Shown here in pieces: positions 1 through 12,990 of a DNA stretch of 64,000 nucleotides. The notes under the pieces are model-generated. The model was not told the origin of the DNA, did no database searches, and was given only the letters and a program-made list of their open reading frames with translations. The DNA is taken from contig NC_043005.1 in the NCBI RefSeq assembly GCF_006345805.1, positions 68,944,001 to 69,008,000 on the forward strand, in the 5' to 3' direction. The translations under genes were made by a program, and so were the position numbers. Source of the DNA: Octopus sinensis (taxonomy: Eukaryota). How positions within the stretch are numbered: the stretch's first letter is position 1; each line of letters begins with the position of its first letter.

Positions 1-405
1 CAACAATTGCATTCATATGTTCATTGGCAAGACTGCATGACTGTCCTCTATCTTCTTCATCTTCAAGGCTCTTATCACCACTACGGAATTTCTCAAACTA
101 CCTTCGTACTGTACGATCACCTGTGAACCCATGCTCTGTTGATGTTGGCAGCAGCTTGGGAGGCATTGTGCCCAAGCTTGAACTCATTCAAGAAAAGTAA
201 GCGAAGGTCCTTTTTTGTCATTTTCATAATCAAAAGCGCATCTGCTTGAATATGTTTTCTGTCTGACATAAGTAGAAATTATTCAAGGGCATACGTCGAT
301 TATTAAGTATGTCGAAATTCACCTAAAATATAACTAAAATACTATGTTAAAATTGCATTTCAAAACATAACACTTAGAGCGGCCGTTATATTCGGAACAA
401 TCTAA
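1..405 (-). mobile_element. Mariner (Tc1/mariner) DNA transposon, 5' end with degenerate transposase N-terminus; continues off the window
   Basis: Minus strand from ATG at 221 reads MTKKDLRLLFLNEFKLGHNASQAAANINRAW, then a frameshift, then DRTVRR*FEKFRSGDKSLEDEEDRG (mariner HTH region). Mariner-type TIR (minus strand TTAGATTGTTCCGAA) ends at 405 with TA at 406-407. Confidence 0.85.
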
Positions 406-437
406 TAGTAGTGAGCAGCGGCTAATAAATACTTAAA

Positions 438-1442
438 TACTGCCATCAAGGTCCTCTACACAGATACTTCTGCAACCATCTCAACCCCTGACGGAGAAAC
501 ATCATCTTTCTCAATCAGAGCCGGAATACTGCAGGGAGACACACTCGCTCCATTTCTTTTCATCATTGTTGTTGATTATGTGCTACGTATGTCAGTTGAT
601 ACCATCTCTGGCTAGGGCTTTGAAATAAAACCAAGAAGAAGTTCCAGACACCCAGCTGAGTACTTGACATACACTGACTTTGCTGACGACATCGCTCTTA
701 TCAGTGATTCTCTCTCCAATGCCCAGTCTCTTTTACAATCTCTTGAACAAGCCTCAAATTGTGTAGGTCTTTACCTCAATGAGGCCAAAGCTGAATACAT
801 AAACAAGTGCCTGTCCAACAGTGATTGCATCATCCATACTCTCAACAATGCGCCCTTAAATATGGTTTCTGATTATAAATATCTTGGGTCATACATATCA
901 TCATCTGGAAAAGACTTTCTAACTCGAAAGGGTATGGCCTGGTCAGCCTGTAATGATATGCATAAGATCTGGTCATCAAATCTAAGTAGAGATTTCAAAC
1001 TTGAAATATTCAAAGCCACAGTCGAACCAATTCTACTATATGGCTCAGAAACCTGGACTTTATCAAAGAAGCTTGAGAGGCGGTTGGATGGAACCTACAC
1101 CAGCCTCCTTATGAGAGTTCAAAATCTCTCGTGGAAGCGCCATCCAACCAAAATGCAAATATATGGGAAACCACCACCTGTGACATCTCATGTGAAAGGT
1201 AGGAGAGTCCAGTTTGCTGGACATTGTTGTAGAGCTGAAAAAGAATTAATTTCTACTCTTCTCCTCTGGAAACCATCTACTCACAATACCAGAGGGCGCA
1301 CACTCTCCTACCCTGATGTAATCTCCAGGGATACAGGCATCCAGCAACAGGACCTCCTTAATGCCATGATGGACCGTGAAGTCTGGCGTAGCATGGTAAA
1401 TTCCATTGTCTCGACCACGGTCGAACAATGATGATGATGATG
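438..1442 (+). mobile_element. 5'-truncated RTE-like non-LTR retrotransposon (RT C-terminal half)
   Basis: One frame gives GILQGDTLAPFLF...TDFADD...YKYLGS...EPILLYGSETW. In-frame TAG at 613-615. (TGA)5 tail at 1429-1443. 11-bp direct repeat AAATACTTAAA at 427-437 and 1443-1453 (TSD). Confidence 0.92.
664..1431 (+). pseudogene. LINE reverse-transcriptase remnant ORF (255 aa), part of the RTE-like element
   Basis: FADD catalytic motif, YLG motif and LLYGSETW motif. Upstream in-frame stop and 5' truncation. Confidence 0.9.
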
Positions 1443-3307
1443 AAATACTTAAAAATCTGATCTCTCTATTTCATGAGTAGAAATATATTGGCTTTGCTCA
1501 CATCGATCTACGAATGTGCCTACACGTAGGGAAACATACACACTTACAGACACTGACTTCTATGCATATAAACATAGTGAGACAAAGTCTCAATCTGTAC
1601 GATTCAGGAGAGTGGGTGTGAAAGGGCTGAATTCTAGCTGCTGCTTCTTGTCAATCGGAACTGCATGGATTTTTTTCCTATCACCACAATTTCCCTTGAG
1701 TATTTCTTCACATAGCATGGTGTCAATGCTGATCATATTAAATAAAAACTGGGGTACAACATCCTGGAATAGCAGAGAATGAGTACTCCGATTGGAATAA
1801 AGTTTCATACCATCCTTTGACCAGAAACATAGCCGACTTCAGCGATATAAATTGAAGGAATTTTTTAAAATGTTATATTGGCTTTCATTTGCATGTATAG
1901 TTTTTTCGGTGCATGGAGTGAATAAAGTATTTTTTTTATAACAAGTCATTATATTTTAATACTTCCTGAGAAATGGTAAAGGTTTGCATAAATGACTGCC
2001 TGTTCATCGAAAGAAATGAAACCTAGCATTCTACTTGTTTTAAATATATATAGGTCTTTTATGTTCTGTGTTCCTTTTTGATAAAGTTTATAATAATTGG
2101 GGTTATTGAAATTTTTCCAGTTTTATTTTCTAGACATTACAAGATTAAACGCTTTTTTATGTTCCGATTGACCAGATATTGAATGAACGATTTCTTTACT
2201 TATGTTTGAATATTTGTGTTTATTGTAACCTTGCATATGATTGTCGTTTATAAAAAGAGTGAGATTTACTTATAATGGAAATGTTTTAATATATTCTGTA
2301 AGTATTGATTTATTGATTTGTGCATTGAAGTATATTCAGATATTAATACGGAATTAAAGGTGAGGCTTAATGTTTTGTGATGGATTCTATATCGAACAGC
2401 TATGCATAATTATTAATTCTGTCACTTAATGGCTATGCCCAGTTTTGTCAAAAGAGTTATGCAGCATTACTTTATTTAAGATGCATCATTCCTCATCAAA
2501 TATTTTCTCTTATGTAGAAGTGAGAAAATATATTCTACAATGGCGTCTTACTGATATGATCGCTTTGAATGTGTTTATTCGTTCTCTATAAGTAATGCCG
2601 TGAGTTTATTCTCTGGTCGAGAAAAAAAGCACAGAGCTGGTAGCTTTTTTGAAAATGTGAAGTAAGATTTATCTACACATTTTAAGATATTTACTGACTT
2701 CACCGTATTTCTTACAAAGTTACTCGTGCTAATATTATACCTCAACTATATTATATCTCAACTTTAAATGTATCTTTACATGTGCAGGTATATACTGTCA
2801 GTCACATCCATCCACACACACACACACACACACACACAACACACATACACACATATCAGATATACAAATACATATGAAAAAAACCTACAAACTTTTGATT
2901 CTTAACATTAACAATGTAAGAAACCAGTGAGTTGTCCCATTGACACATATCACGCATGAAAGAGTCCGCAAAATATTTCAATATTAGATTTAAATGAAAT
3001 GTAATTAAGCCAAAACAAAACATCAAAATACATAATTACTGAATTAAGGAAGACAGTAGAAAAATGTTCTTTTTTCGTATGGTACATTTATATAAATTTA
3101 TTAACAAACAACAATCTCGTAAAACCTAAAAGGGAGAGAGTATGGTGCTATATGTTTCAAAGCTGTTTCTGACAACATTGTGAACTAATTCCAATTCTCC
3201 ACAAACAGCTGTCGGACTTGTAGCACCCTAATTCTTCCCTTTAATTTTTCTGTGTCATTGAACTCCTTGTAAGTTTGGTCTATCAATGTATAATTTACTC
3301 TCGTACA

Positions 3308-3310
<3 letters not shown>

Positions 3311-3372
<62 letters not shown>

Positions 3373-3385
3373 GTATATATGTATG
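3311..3385. repeat. (AT)n microsatellite with (GT/AT) tail
   Basis: Direct reading. Confidence 0.95.
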
Positions 3386-3986
3386 TAAGTGTGTATGAAA
3401 ATATTAAGAGTAGAAAATTTAGAGAAATATTCTACCTGTAGCCAGCGCCTTTACTGATGAGAGACGGATAGTAAATTATTTTATTTTTACATTGATGTTC
3501 ATTCCCTTTGAAATTACTCTTATTCGTGGTTTGGGCTTTTAACTGCCCTTTCCAGAATGTCTTGAAATATTTTCTTCAGTTCCTGCTTGAGTATAGTTAT
3601 AGTGAAACGATCTGTTGGAGCACTGAACTAAGATGAAAACAATATATCGTGTGCAAATGATACGTGCTGATATTGAATTCGATAATGCGACATAACACTT
3701 TTCACTAGCAGTTCTGCACCGGGATCAGAGCCTTCGAAATAACGTTTAACATAAAACTTGGATAGCTACGGAGGAATCTTTCGATTATACTGATGGTAAC
3801 ATCGTTTCGGAGACTCTCTCGCCGATGAATGTATGCCTAATATGATATTGCAGATCATATAAATGCAACATTTCATAGGCCGCTTCGAGATACTCTTTGT
3901 GTAGAACTGTTTCTTAAATAATCTGAAACCATTGGCGCTTTATTGAGCCTCAGGCTCATTTTAGAAAGTAGGGATCCTATCTGAAG

Positions 3987-4019
<33 letters not shown>

Positions 4020-4122
4020 AGAGAAAGAGAGAAAGAGAGAAAGAGGGGAGCTGGTAATATACACAGCAAAAACCTATATATGACAGCTGTCACTAACATA
4101 AGCCTATGTCATTCTGCATGCA

Positions 4123-4240
4123 GGCGCAGGAGTGGCTGTGTGTAAGTAGCTTGCTTACCAACCATATGGTTCCGGGTTCAGTCCCACTCCGTAGCAACTT
4201 GGGCAAATGTTTTCTACTATAGCCTCGGTCCTACCAATGC
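4123..4240 (+). mobile_element. tRNA-derived SINE family A, 5' fragment
   Basis: GGCGCAGGAGTGGCTGTG...GGTTCAGTCCCACT (Pol III A/B-box-like), then TTGGGCAA core. Same head as the copies at 20241 and 35525. Confidence 0.8.
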
Positions 4241-4247
4241 TACGAAT

Positions 4248-4760
4248 GATTACAGAACATTCATAAAGAGGAGGTCTTACAGCTGTTTCCGGGATATTTT
4301 ATATATCCCTTCAACGGAAACTGTGCGAGAAGATGAGAAGCAATAGTTATTCTAGAGAAGATAGGAAATGGAGAGTGAAGTGGAGGAATGAAAACAGGCG
4401 TGATATATGAAGTGGTATTGTCCATTTCCTGCATAGAGATTGTAAAAGGTGTTATTGGATCAAATAATACCGTTTACAAATTCTATGCTTGGAATGACCT
4501 ATCTTAAATACTATTGGAACTTACACACAAGGTACAGGAAACTTATATGTATACCATTCCGTTTTAATAATGGAACAACTGATGCAATATCCCTGCATAT
4601 CTCACGGCTGTTTTCATTCCTCCACTTCACTCTTTATTTCATATCTTCTCTAGAATAAGTATTGTTTAACATTTATTTCTGGCACCGTCTCCGATGAAGG
4701 AATTTATAAAATATCCGGGAAAGAGCTGCATGACCTTCTCTTTATAAATGTTCTGAAATC
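4248..4760. mobile_element. Old foldback element (about 165-bp inverted arms), each arm with a degenerate HHR; Penelope-like pLTR derivative
   Basis: 4248-4409 is a diverged reverse complement of 4596-4760. HHR-like motifs point outward: minus 4274-4321 (gttt CCGTTGA ... GAAA cagctg TA agac) and plus 4687-4734 (gtct CCGATGA ... GAAA gagctg CA tgac). Confidence 0.65.
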
Positions 4761-4930
4761 TATTACTTGGTTATATATGCATGCTAATATATGGCCTACG
4801 TTGGACTTTTCGTTCCCATAATCACCGAATCTGGAGCTTAACTGTAGTCTGTCCATAGCACTTACTTAACATGACTTGACACCTTCTGGGTCTTCTTGAC
4901 ACCATTATCTCTCATAACCTCAAAATATAC

Positions 4931-6430
<1,500 letters not shown>

Positions 6431-6456
6431 TATATATATATATAATATATATATAT

Positions 6457-6487
<31 letters not shown>

Positions 6488-6537
6488 TATATATATATAT
6501 ATTATATATATATACATATGTATGTGTGTATGTATGT

Positions 6538-6573
<36 letters not shown>

Positions 6574-6917
6574 CATATGTATATACATATAAATATGAAT
6601 AGCTACGTACACACGTGCACACTCATATATGCATACATATAAACACATAATGTACATATATTAATGTGTATATGTGTACACTTATATATACGAATACACT
6701 GACGCACATGGAGATATGCTATAACTTCATACACCAATCAACTTATACTCGTATCTGTATTTATATATACTCACAACCACAAATACACGTAGGTAATACA
6801 TTTACATCTGTATATATCTATGTGCATATATGTGTACATACAAATACCACAATTCACCAATATAACTGTTTATACTCAATTATATGGCACGTCCGTGTAC
6901 ATGGATACATACATACA

Positions 6918-7001
<84 letters not shown>

Positions 7002-7393
7002 AAGAAAGAGATGTATGTATGTATATATGCATACGCAGTCTAAGTAGCAAAATAATCAAAGTATTTTAGCAGCTTCGGAAAAATCAATCCTGCGTACAGC
7101 CAATGATTCTCTCAGTACATGTAAACAGTACGTGGTTACATCGAATAAGTTTGTTGGGAAATCTGTCGACTACGTTTGCTTTTCTTGTTACTCAGTAAAA
7201 GGCAATGGGATTCCTCTAAGCATACATGGCAATTGCGAGCAAAAAAGTATCTACCTGTGTGCATTTTTTTTTTTTTTGATGAAGTAATACTATATTCAAT
7301 TCCATCATCCTCTAGTGTCCATATTAGGTCCGCTAATGAGATAGAATGCCTCTTATCAATCTTATTGAAACCTGATTATTGAAACCTGATTAG

Positions 7394-7458
7394 TAAGTAA
7401 AGTTACATTCTCGAGTCATGCCGACTCATAAGGGCTGGTTTCCAGTGTTCAAGGCGTA
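7394..7458 (-). mobile_element. Probable 3' fragment of a third SINE-like repeat
   Basis: GTCATGCCGACTCATAAGGGC...TTTCC resembles a cephalopod interspersed repeat I recall. Single short copy here. Confidence 0.35.
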
Positions 7459-7464
7459 AGAATC

Positions 7465-8007
7465 CCCGATTTTTAAAGGGAAGAATATGGTCAACAAATA
7501 CTTGCCATTACATTTTTGATCAACGAAATATAAACTATTTTGTTGCACAATGCGTTTCCATCTTTCCTTTAAGTTGCAATTATCCTCTTCCCAGAATTGA
7601 GGTGGTTTCATGGCAAAGAATTCATCAAGGTATCTTTTTACGTCATCGAAAGAATTGAAATTTTTACCATTAAGAATATTCTGTAGAGACCTGAATAAGT
7701 GGAAATCCGAAGGAACAATATCTGGTGAATATGGAGGGTGGGTATCACATCCCAGCCGAGCTGCAGCAATTTTTTTCTGGTTCCCAAAGCATCAAGTGCT
7801 GAAAATTAACTTTCTTATCTTCCATTTGAAAGGCTTACGAAATTAACACCGGTTATAGGAACATAAATATTCTCCCGCGAAAAGATAGCTTAAACTGTGC
7901 TCGAAATGGTGGTGTAGTCAAATCCTATTTTATGAACTCAACCATGCTCTAAAATAAGTCGAACTGTAAGCTATTATAAATCGGCACGAACTTACCGGAC
8001 AACCCAA
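7465..8007 (-). mobile_element. Internally deleted mariner element
   Basis: Minus strand: MEDKKVNFQHLMLWE joins directly to TRKKLLQLGWDV..HPPYSPDIVPSDFHLFRSLQNILNGKNF...ERWKRIV. TIR GAACTTACCGGACAACCCAA at 7988-8007 followed by TA. Confidence 0.85.
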
Positions 8008-11000
8008 TATTGTCATAATGCATGCATTGGTTTTGTATATGCGCTTTTGCTCCGACTTGCACACTTATCCTTTAGTTATTTATTTGCTGTTTCGTTAGTC
8101 TTTTTTCTTCCATTCATAATATTTCTTCTATCAGTTTTTCCTTTTATTATTATGTTGCTCTAATTGGTTTCCTTTAATTTCATCGCTGCTATTATGAATA
8201 TAATGCCTTTGAATTTTCAATATATTCACTGTCAGCGATATTTTCCCTCTATTTTATTATACTATTAATTCTATTGTAATTTTTGGAACATGCTTGACTT
8301 GTTTCACAGTATAGCAGCAGAAACTATATCAACATAATTATATTTTAGTGAGGCTAGACATTCGAATCGACATAGTTCTAAATGCTCGGCGAATCAAAGG
8401 ATCCCATTTCTTCTGTTACGAATATTTGAAACGATTCTTCCACGTTTAGGGAATAAATTAGGACATATTGTCGTGTTTTAGCATGGTTTATCAAAATATA
8501 ATTGAATATTGGGAACAGGGATGACAATTTTGAATGATGTTCTGGACTCCTAACAACACGTTGGCTCGTATACTATGCGTTTTAATTAACACAATGGGTA
8601 GAATTAAATTCGATCGAATGTCCGTAGGTATTTGACGTAAACTCTCATTATCCGAAAAACGAAACCAATTTGTAACTTGTTCACAAATGAGAATACTTAC
8701 TTTATGGCTTCACTGAAGGAAAGCTAGCTCCTGTGTGAGAAATTAATGAAGGACACAAATTCACCATTCAAGGTTTTATGTTCATAGTGATTAACTGGTA
8801 CCATAAATGTTTTTAGCTAGAATGAATTTAACATCATACTTAGTGACTTAGCGCTGGAAGATGAATTAAATAAATACCGCAACATAAATCAAATCGAGGA
8901 AACATCAATAATTGCTCATTGAATCGAAAACTTTCAATCAAATTAACGACAACCTAGAGAAAGCAGAGTAAATATACAAATTGCATCATATACACAACTT
9001 TAATGGAATTTACTAATGTTTTCTTTTTGTTTATTCAATGTACAGCCATAATAGATAAATTGCCTTACCGTTGCATTAGAAGATGAAATATATTTAAATA
9101 CAGTGATTTGGTTATGTTTCGTATTTTCTAAAAGTAATACAAGCAAACCTTCTTTACATACCTTTCCTGTTGTGTTTATTGCAACAAAATATCCTGCGTT
9201 TCACTAGTAAGCAACTATATTCTCAATAATTAGTTCCAATTACAATTTTCGCTTTCACTTTTTCTGGCCATATTATTGTCTCGATTCCTTTGCGACTATT
9301 TATTTTTTCATATGCAAAGATATTCCAATATTGATTTTTCCCAAAGCAGACAATGGCAATATTTTTTAAGATTGAAAGAGTTAATTCAAATAGCTGTGAA
9401 TGAAATACTCTCTGCTTTGTGCAACTATCATATATGATATGTGAGAGATATAGACAAAAAAACGCTATGAAAAGAACCAAATTGTAAAGGATGAAATATA
9501 ATACAATATGAAGATTAAATATTGAAAGCTTGCGCAGATCTCTTGTCAGTTCAAACAGGACTTATATTTGAAAAAAAAAAATTTTAAGATTCTATATCAT
9601 TGATGATGGCCGAAAACACTAGTACTAAGCAAAACACATTTTTAATGTTAAGTAATAATCTAATGAGAATATGTAAATATATTTATGTATTAGAATGCTG
9701 AACTACTATTCTAATATGAGTTGCTTAAGGAGCTCGTTTATGGTGGAGCGAGCCGTTGGAAATAGCATTCAAATCTCATTTGTCTGATACACTACGAGAA
9801 TTTCGGACAGTGGCGATCTAAACGTTGTTGCACAACGGGAACACAGTCCAATGAAAACAAAACTTCGGAATGTTTCACAGTGTATCTGATTCCGTTCCAG
9901 GATATATTGAACAAAAATTCATACAATCAAAGTAAATCCATTCAAGTTTATAAGAAAAAAATCATGAGATTAGAATGGCTTACAAAAATCTATTAATATA
10001 AATACATGTATATTGTCATTATTTCTGCAAATATTGTCGCCACTATTCTTGTAGGAGACCTACATCAGAATATGAGTACAAATATCGACAGGGCCTGTAA
10101 CATTGCCAAAAACTGTAGAAGTAGAATATCTTTCAAGAACTCCACACTAATTGTCCGACACGAATGCGAAGTTCTTTCCAAATGCATACTGAATATCCTG
10201 GATAACTACCGCAAGGCGTGGGTAGCATTTAGCTCGAAAACGCAAGGAAAAATTGTAAATATAAGCGCCGTCCATCTGAAAGTGTCAGTGATATAAATAT
10301 AAACAAAATACAATTACATATGTGCTTTCATTAAAATTCCGATATGTTTGAACCAATGTTAAATTCTCCAAATTGTCTATAAGTACAGGAGATGTTGTCT
10401 GAGCATTTTCAGAAAACCGATAAAATTTCACTTTGGTCGTATGTATACAAGGCATCGACGTACATTAGATGAGTCGAATTCATATTGAAGGAAGGTGTTC
10501 TTCGGCTACATTATTAACTAACCAACTAATGTCAGTGCATATAACTGTCTGGCAGCTCTTAGCAGTACTTCCTAACATTAAACATAGCTAGACACTGTCT
10601 TTGGTCAATGAGAAATAGTTCACTATACCGTAGAAATGTAAAGTTCATTAGTAACTTCAGTTATATAGGAACGTTGAATTTCCTTACTAAAAGATTACCC
10701 AATAAATTTGTTGCTTGATTTCGATCCACCAAAGCTAATAGGTAGTATGCAGCAAATGGATTAGAAGAATGTACTAAGGTTCATTACAACTAGTACTCAG
10801 AGTTCACTAGCTGATTTTATGTTGAGATATTTCCTCGAAATGCAATTTCCGTGCGCTTCAACTACGTAACACATAACAGAGCTGATCAAATTTACAGACG
10901 TTTATATCAGTGGGTTTTTGTATGTACGTTTGCGCTAATAAATATCCCCGCCAACGAAATTTATGAGAGCTCCGTTACATAACTACTATTCAAGAAGAAA

Positions 11001-12011
11001 TAAACAAATAATTATTATTTATAATCAAGTATCGACTAACAATAAAAATATTATCCCTATTGACATGATATTATCACAACGCTTGGGCTTAATTTATTAA
11101 GACATAAATTGTGTGTGAATAATAATTGCTCATCTGAAATCCGTAGTTACTAGTGTATAGCTTAATGCATATCGTTTTGAAAATATGGTCTGAACACACT
11201 ATAAAATTCTGTATTTAGTGTGTATTGAAGCTATCAAATTGTAGGTAATGTTTTTTTTTTCTAAACCGATATAACTCAGAAAATCCTACCTGGTATTACG
11301 TCTTCTAAAGTTGTACCAGGTGTAATAGCAGGATATTTTGAATGAAATTCTTCGAATCCAATTATTCTTGCTGCTTCTTTTCACTTAGAATTGCACAGCC
11401 ATGTTTGAAAAGAAAATTTGTATTTTTTAGAAGTTAATACGAACGCATTTCACTTATATGAACAAAAACGGAATATATTATAAAAATACTAATGGAAAAG
11501 TATGCTCGTTATATGATACACCATACAGTATACGAAATTTTAGTTTTTATGGAACTATATTCAGAAAAGCAGACGCAAGAATAACGTTAAATTTCTAAAG
11601 CAAATCTCCATATTTCAATATTCTTTCTCGGAATATCATTCAAAAACTAACTAATTAGACGGAATATGACGGAGTCAGAATACATCACGCACATTCTTCG
11701 CAGTTCATCGAGTTTATTATTCTTTTTGAAAAAGTAAAAGCGGAAGTGCAGAGTGTATGATTTGGTTATGTGAGCTGTGGAAAGTATTTCTAGATTCTTC
11801 GTAATTTATGCGTTTAAATATATAAAAATATCGAGCAATATTCCTATTAAATGCATTCAATATAAGTCGAAGCAATATTACCGTCGTTCTAATAATAATG
11901 ATTAAAATATTGATTTCCATGTATATTCCCTTCTGAATATTTACTCGTACGCACAGAAACACACACACATTTACAGGAACGTACCCACACCCATACGCAT
12001 ATACATTTACA

Positions 12012-12047
<36 letters not shown>

Positions 12048-12128
12048 GGTCCCGGGTTGAGTCGGGGTTAGCCACAGTAAATAAGGTACTCAATACATAG
12101 CAGAGTAAATGAATTTATTTTATAGAAG

Positions 12129-12181
12129 GAGCTTCTACAGGACTAGAACTGTTTCATTAAAAAGAAATCATCAGGAAGCTC
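12129..12181 (-). ncRNA. Type I hammerhead ribozyme motif (mirror copy)
   Basis: Same fold on the minus strand, with one change in stem II (tttctttttaat). Confidence 0.8.
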
Positions 12182-12182
12182 A

Positions 12183-12235
12183 GAGCTTCCTGATGATTTC
12201 TTTTGAATGAAACAGTTCTAGTCCTGTAGAAGCTC
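12183..12235 (+). ncRNA. Type I hammerhead ribozyme motif
   Basis: Stem I gagcttc/gaagctc (7 bp). Core CTGATGA at 12190-12196. Stem II ttc-tttt-gaa closed by U.U. GAAA at 12209-12212. Stem III ACAG/CTGT. GUA triplet, predicted cut after 12228. Confidence 0.85.
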
Positions 12236-12249
12236 CTTCTATAAAATAA

Positions 12250-12334
<85 letters not shown>

Positions 12335-12347
12335 ATATATATTATAT

Positions 12348-12683
12348 GTAGAAAAATACAAACTGGCACAAGAACGTAAAACATTTAGAAGACGATACGA
12401 AAAACGGACGGGACATTCGAAGCCTTCAATCTTCAGTCAAGAACCGGATCATCGTAGCAATTTCGGCTGATTATCTTGAGATCGCTCCGATCCGGCCAGC
12501 CCCAAGGAAAAATTAAGCTACGAGCATAAAATTTCTTGGAAGAAGGATCGAATGTATACGAAACAGGGACAGAAACACGGACGAGCCACACGAGTATAAA
12601 ATACAAAAAACAATAATGGTAAAAACAGGACGAAAACAGCGGGTGTCTTACGACTAATAAACTATACAGCAAGTTTAGCTGGC

Positions 12684-12684
<1 letters not shown>
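12348..12684. mobile_element. (TA)n-flanked 337-bp unknown interspersed element X
   Basis: GC-richer block bounded by (TA)n on both sides. Begins (TA)n-TGTAG like element A and the 36431-36630 element. Confidence 0.5.
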
Positions 12685-12726
<42 letters not shown>

Positions 12727-12727
<1 letters not shown>

Positions 12728-12932
12728 TTTATTTAAAGCAGCAGAAAATTCAGCAAAATCTGTTACTCTGAGTTTCTCGTTGCCGTTCATCCATTCCAGC
12801 AAAAACTGTCTGATGAACGGCAACGAGAAACTCAGAGTAACAGATTTTGTAGAATTTTCTGCTGCTTTAAATAAAGCATATTACTCTACCACTGGTATTT
12901 GAGTACTCTTTTCACATTTATGTGTTTACTCC

Positions 12933-12934
<2 letters not shown>
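12727..12934 (+). mobile_element. (TA)n-embedded foldback element B, copy 1 (65-bp arms plus tail), HHR-bearing
   Basis: 12727-12791 pairs with 12812-12876 (2 mismatches, 20-nt spacer). Tail ends TTACTCCGG then (TA)n. Homologous to 25906-26134. Confidence 0.85.
12806..12843 (+). ncRNA. Minimal type I hammerhead ribozyme motif
   Basis: ctgt CTGATGA a-cg-gcaa-cg-a GAAA ctcagag TA acag. Stem I 4 bp, stem II with GNRA loop, quasi-palindromic stem III ACTC-A-GAGT. Predicted cut after 12839. Confidence 0.8.

Positions 12935-12990
<56 letters not shown>

Larger units (their letters stand above)
12045..12251. mobile_element. (TA)n-embedded foldback element A: 68-nt tail plus 139-bp palindrome with two type I HHRs
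   Basis: 12113-12181 and 12183-12251 are reverse complements with one mismatch (12159/12205) and a 1-nt centre. (TA)n on both sides. Confidence 0.85.

Noticed and set aside
12405-12445. Possible HHR in element X (minus: CTGAAGA-ttgaaggcttc-GAATGTC)
   Set aside because: Position 15.1 is T rather than A and I could not find a stem I partner. It may be a decayed or variant motif but is unsupported from this one copy.
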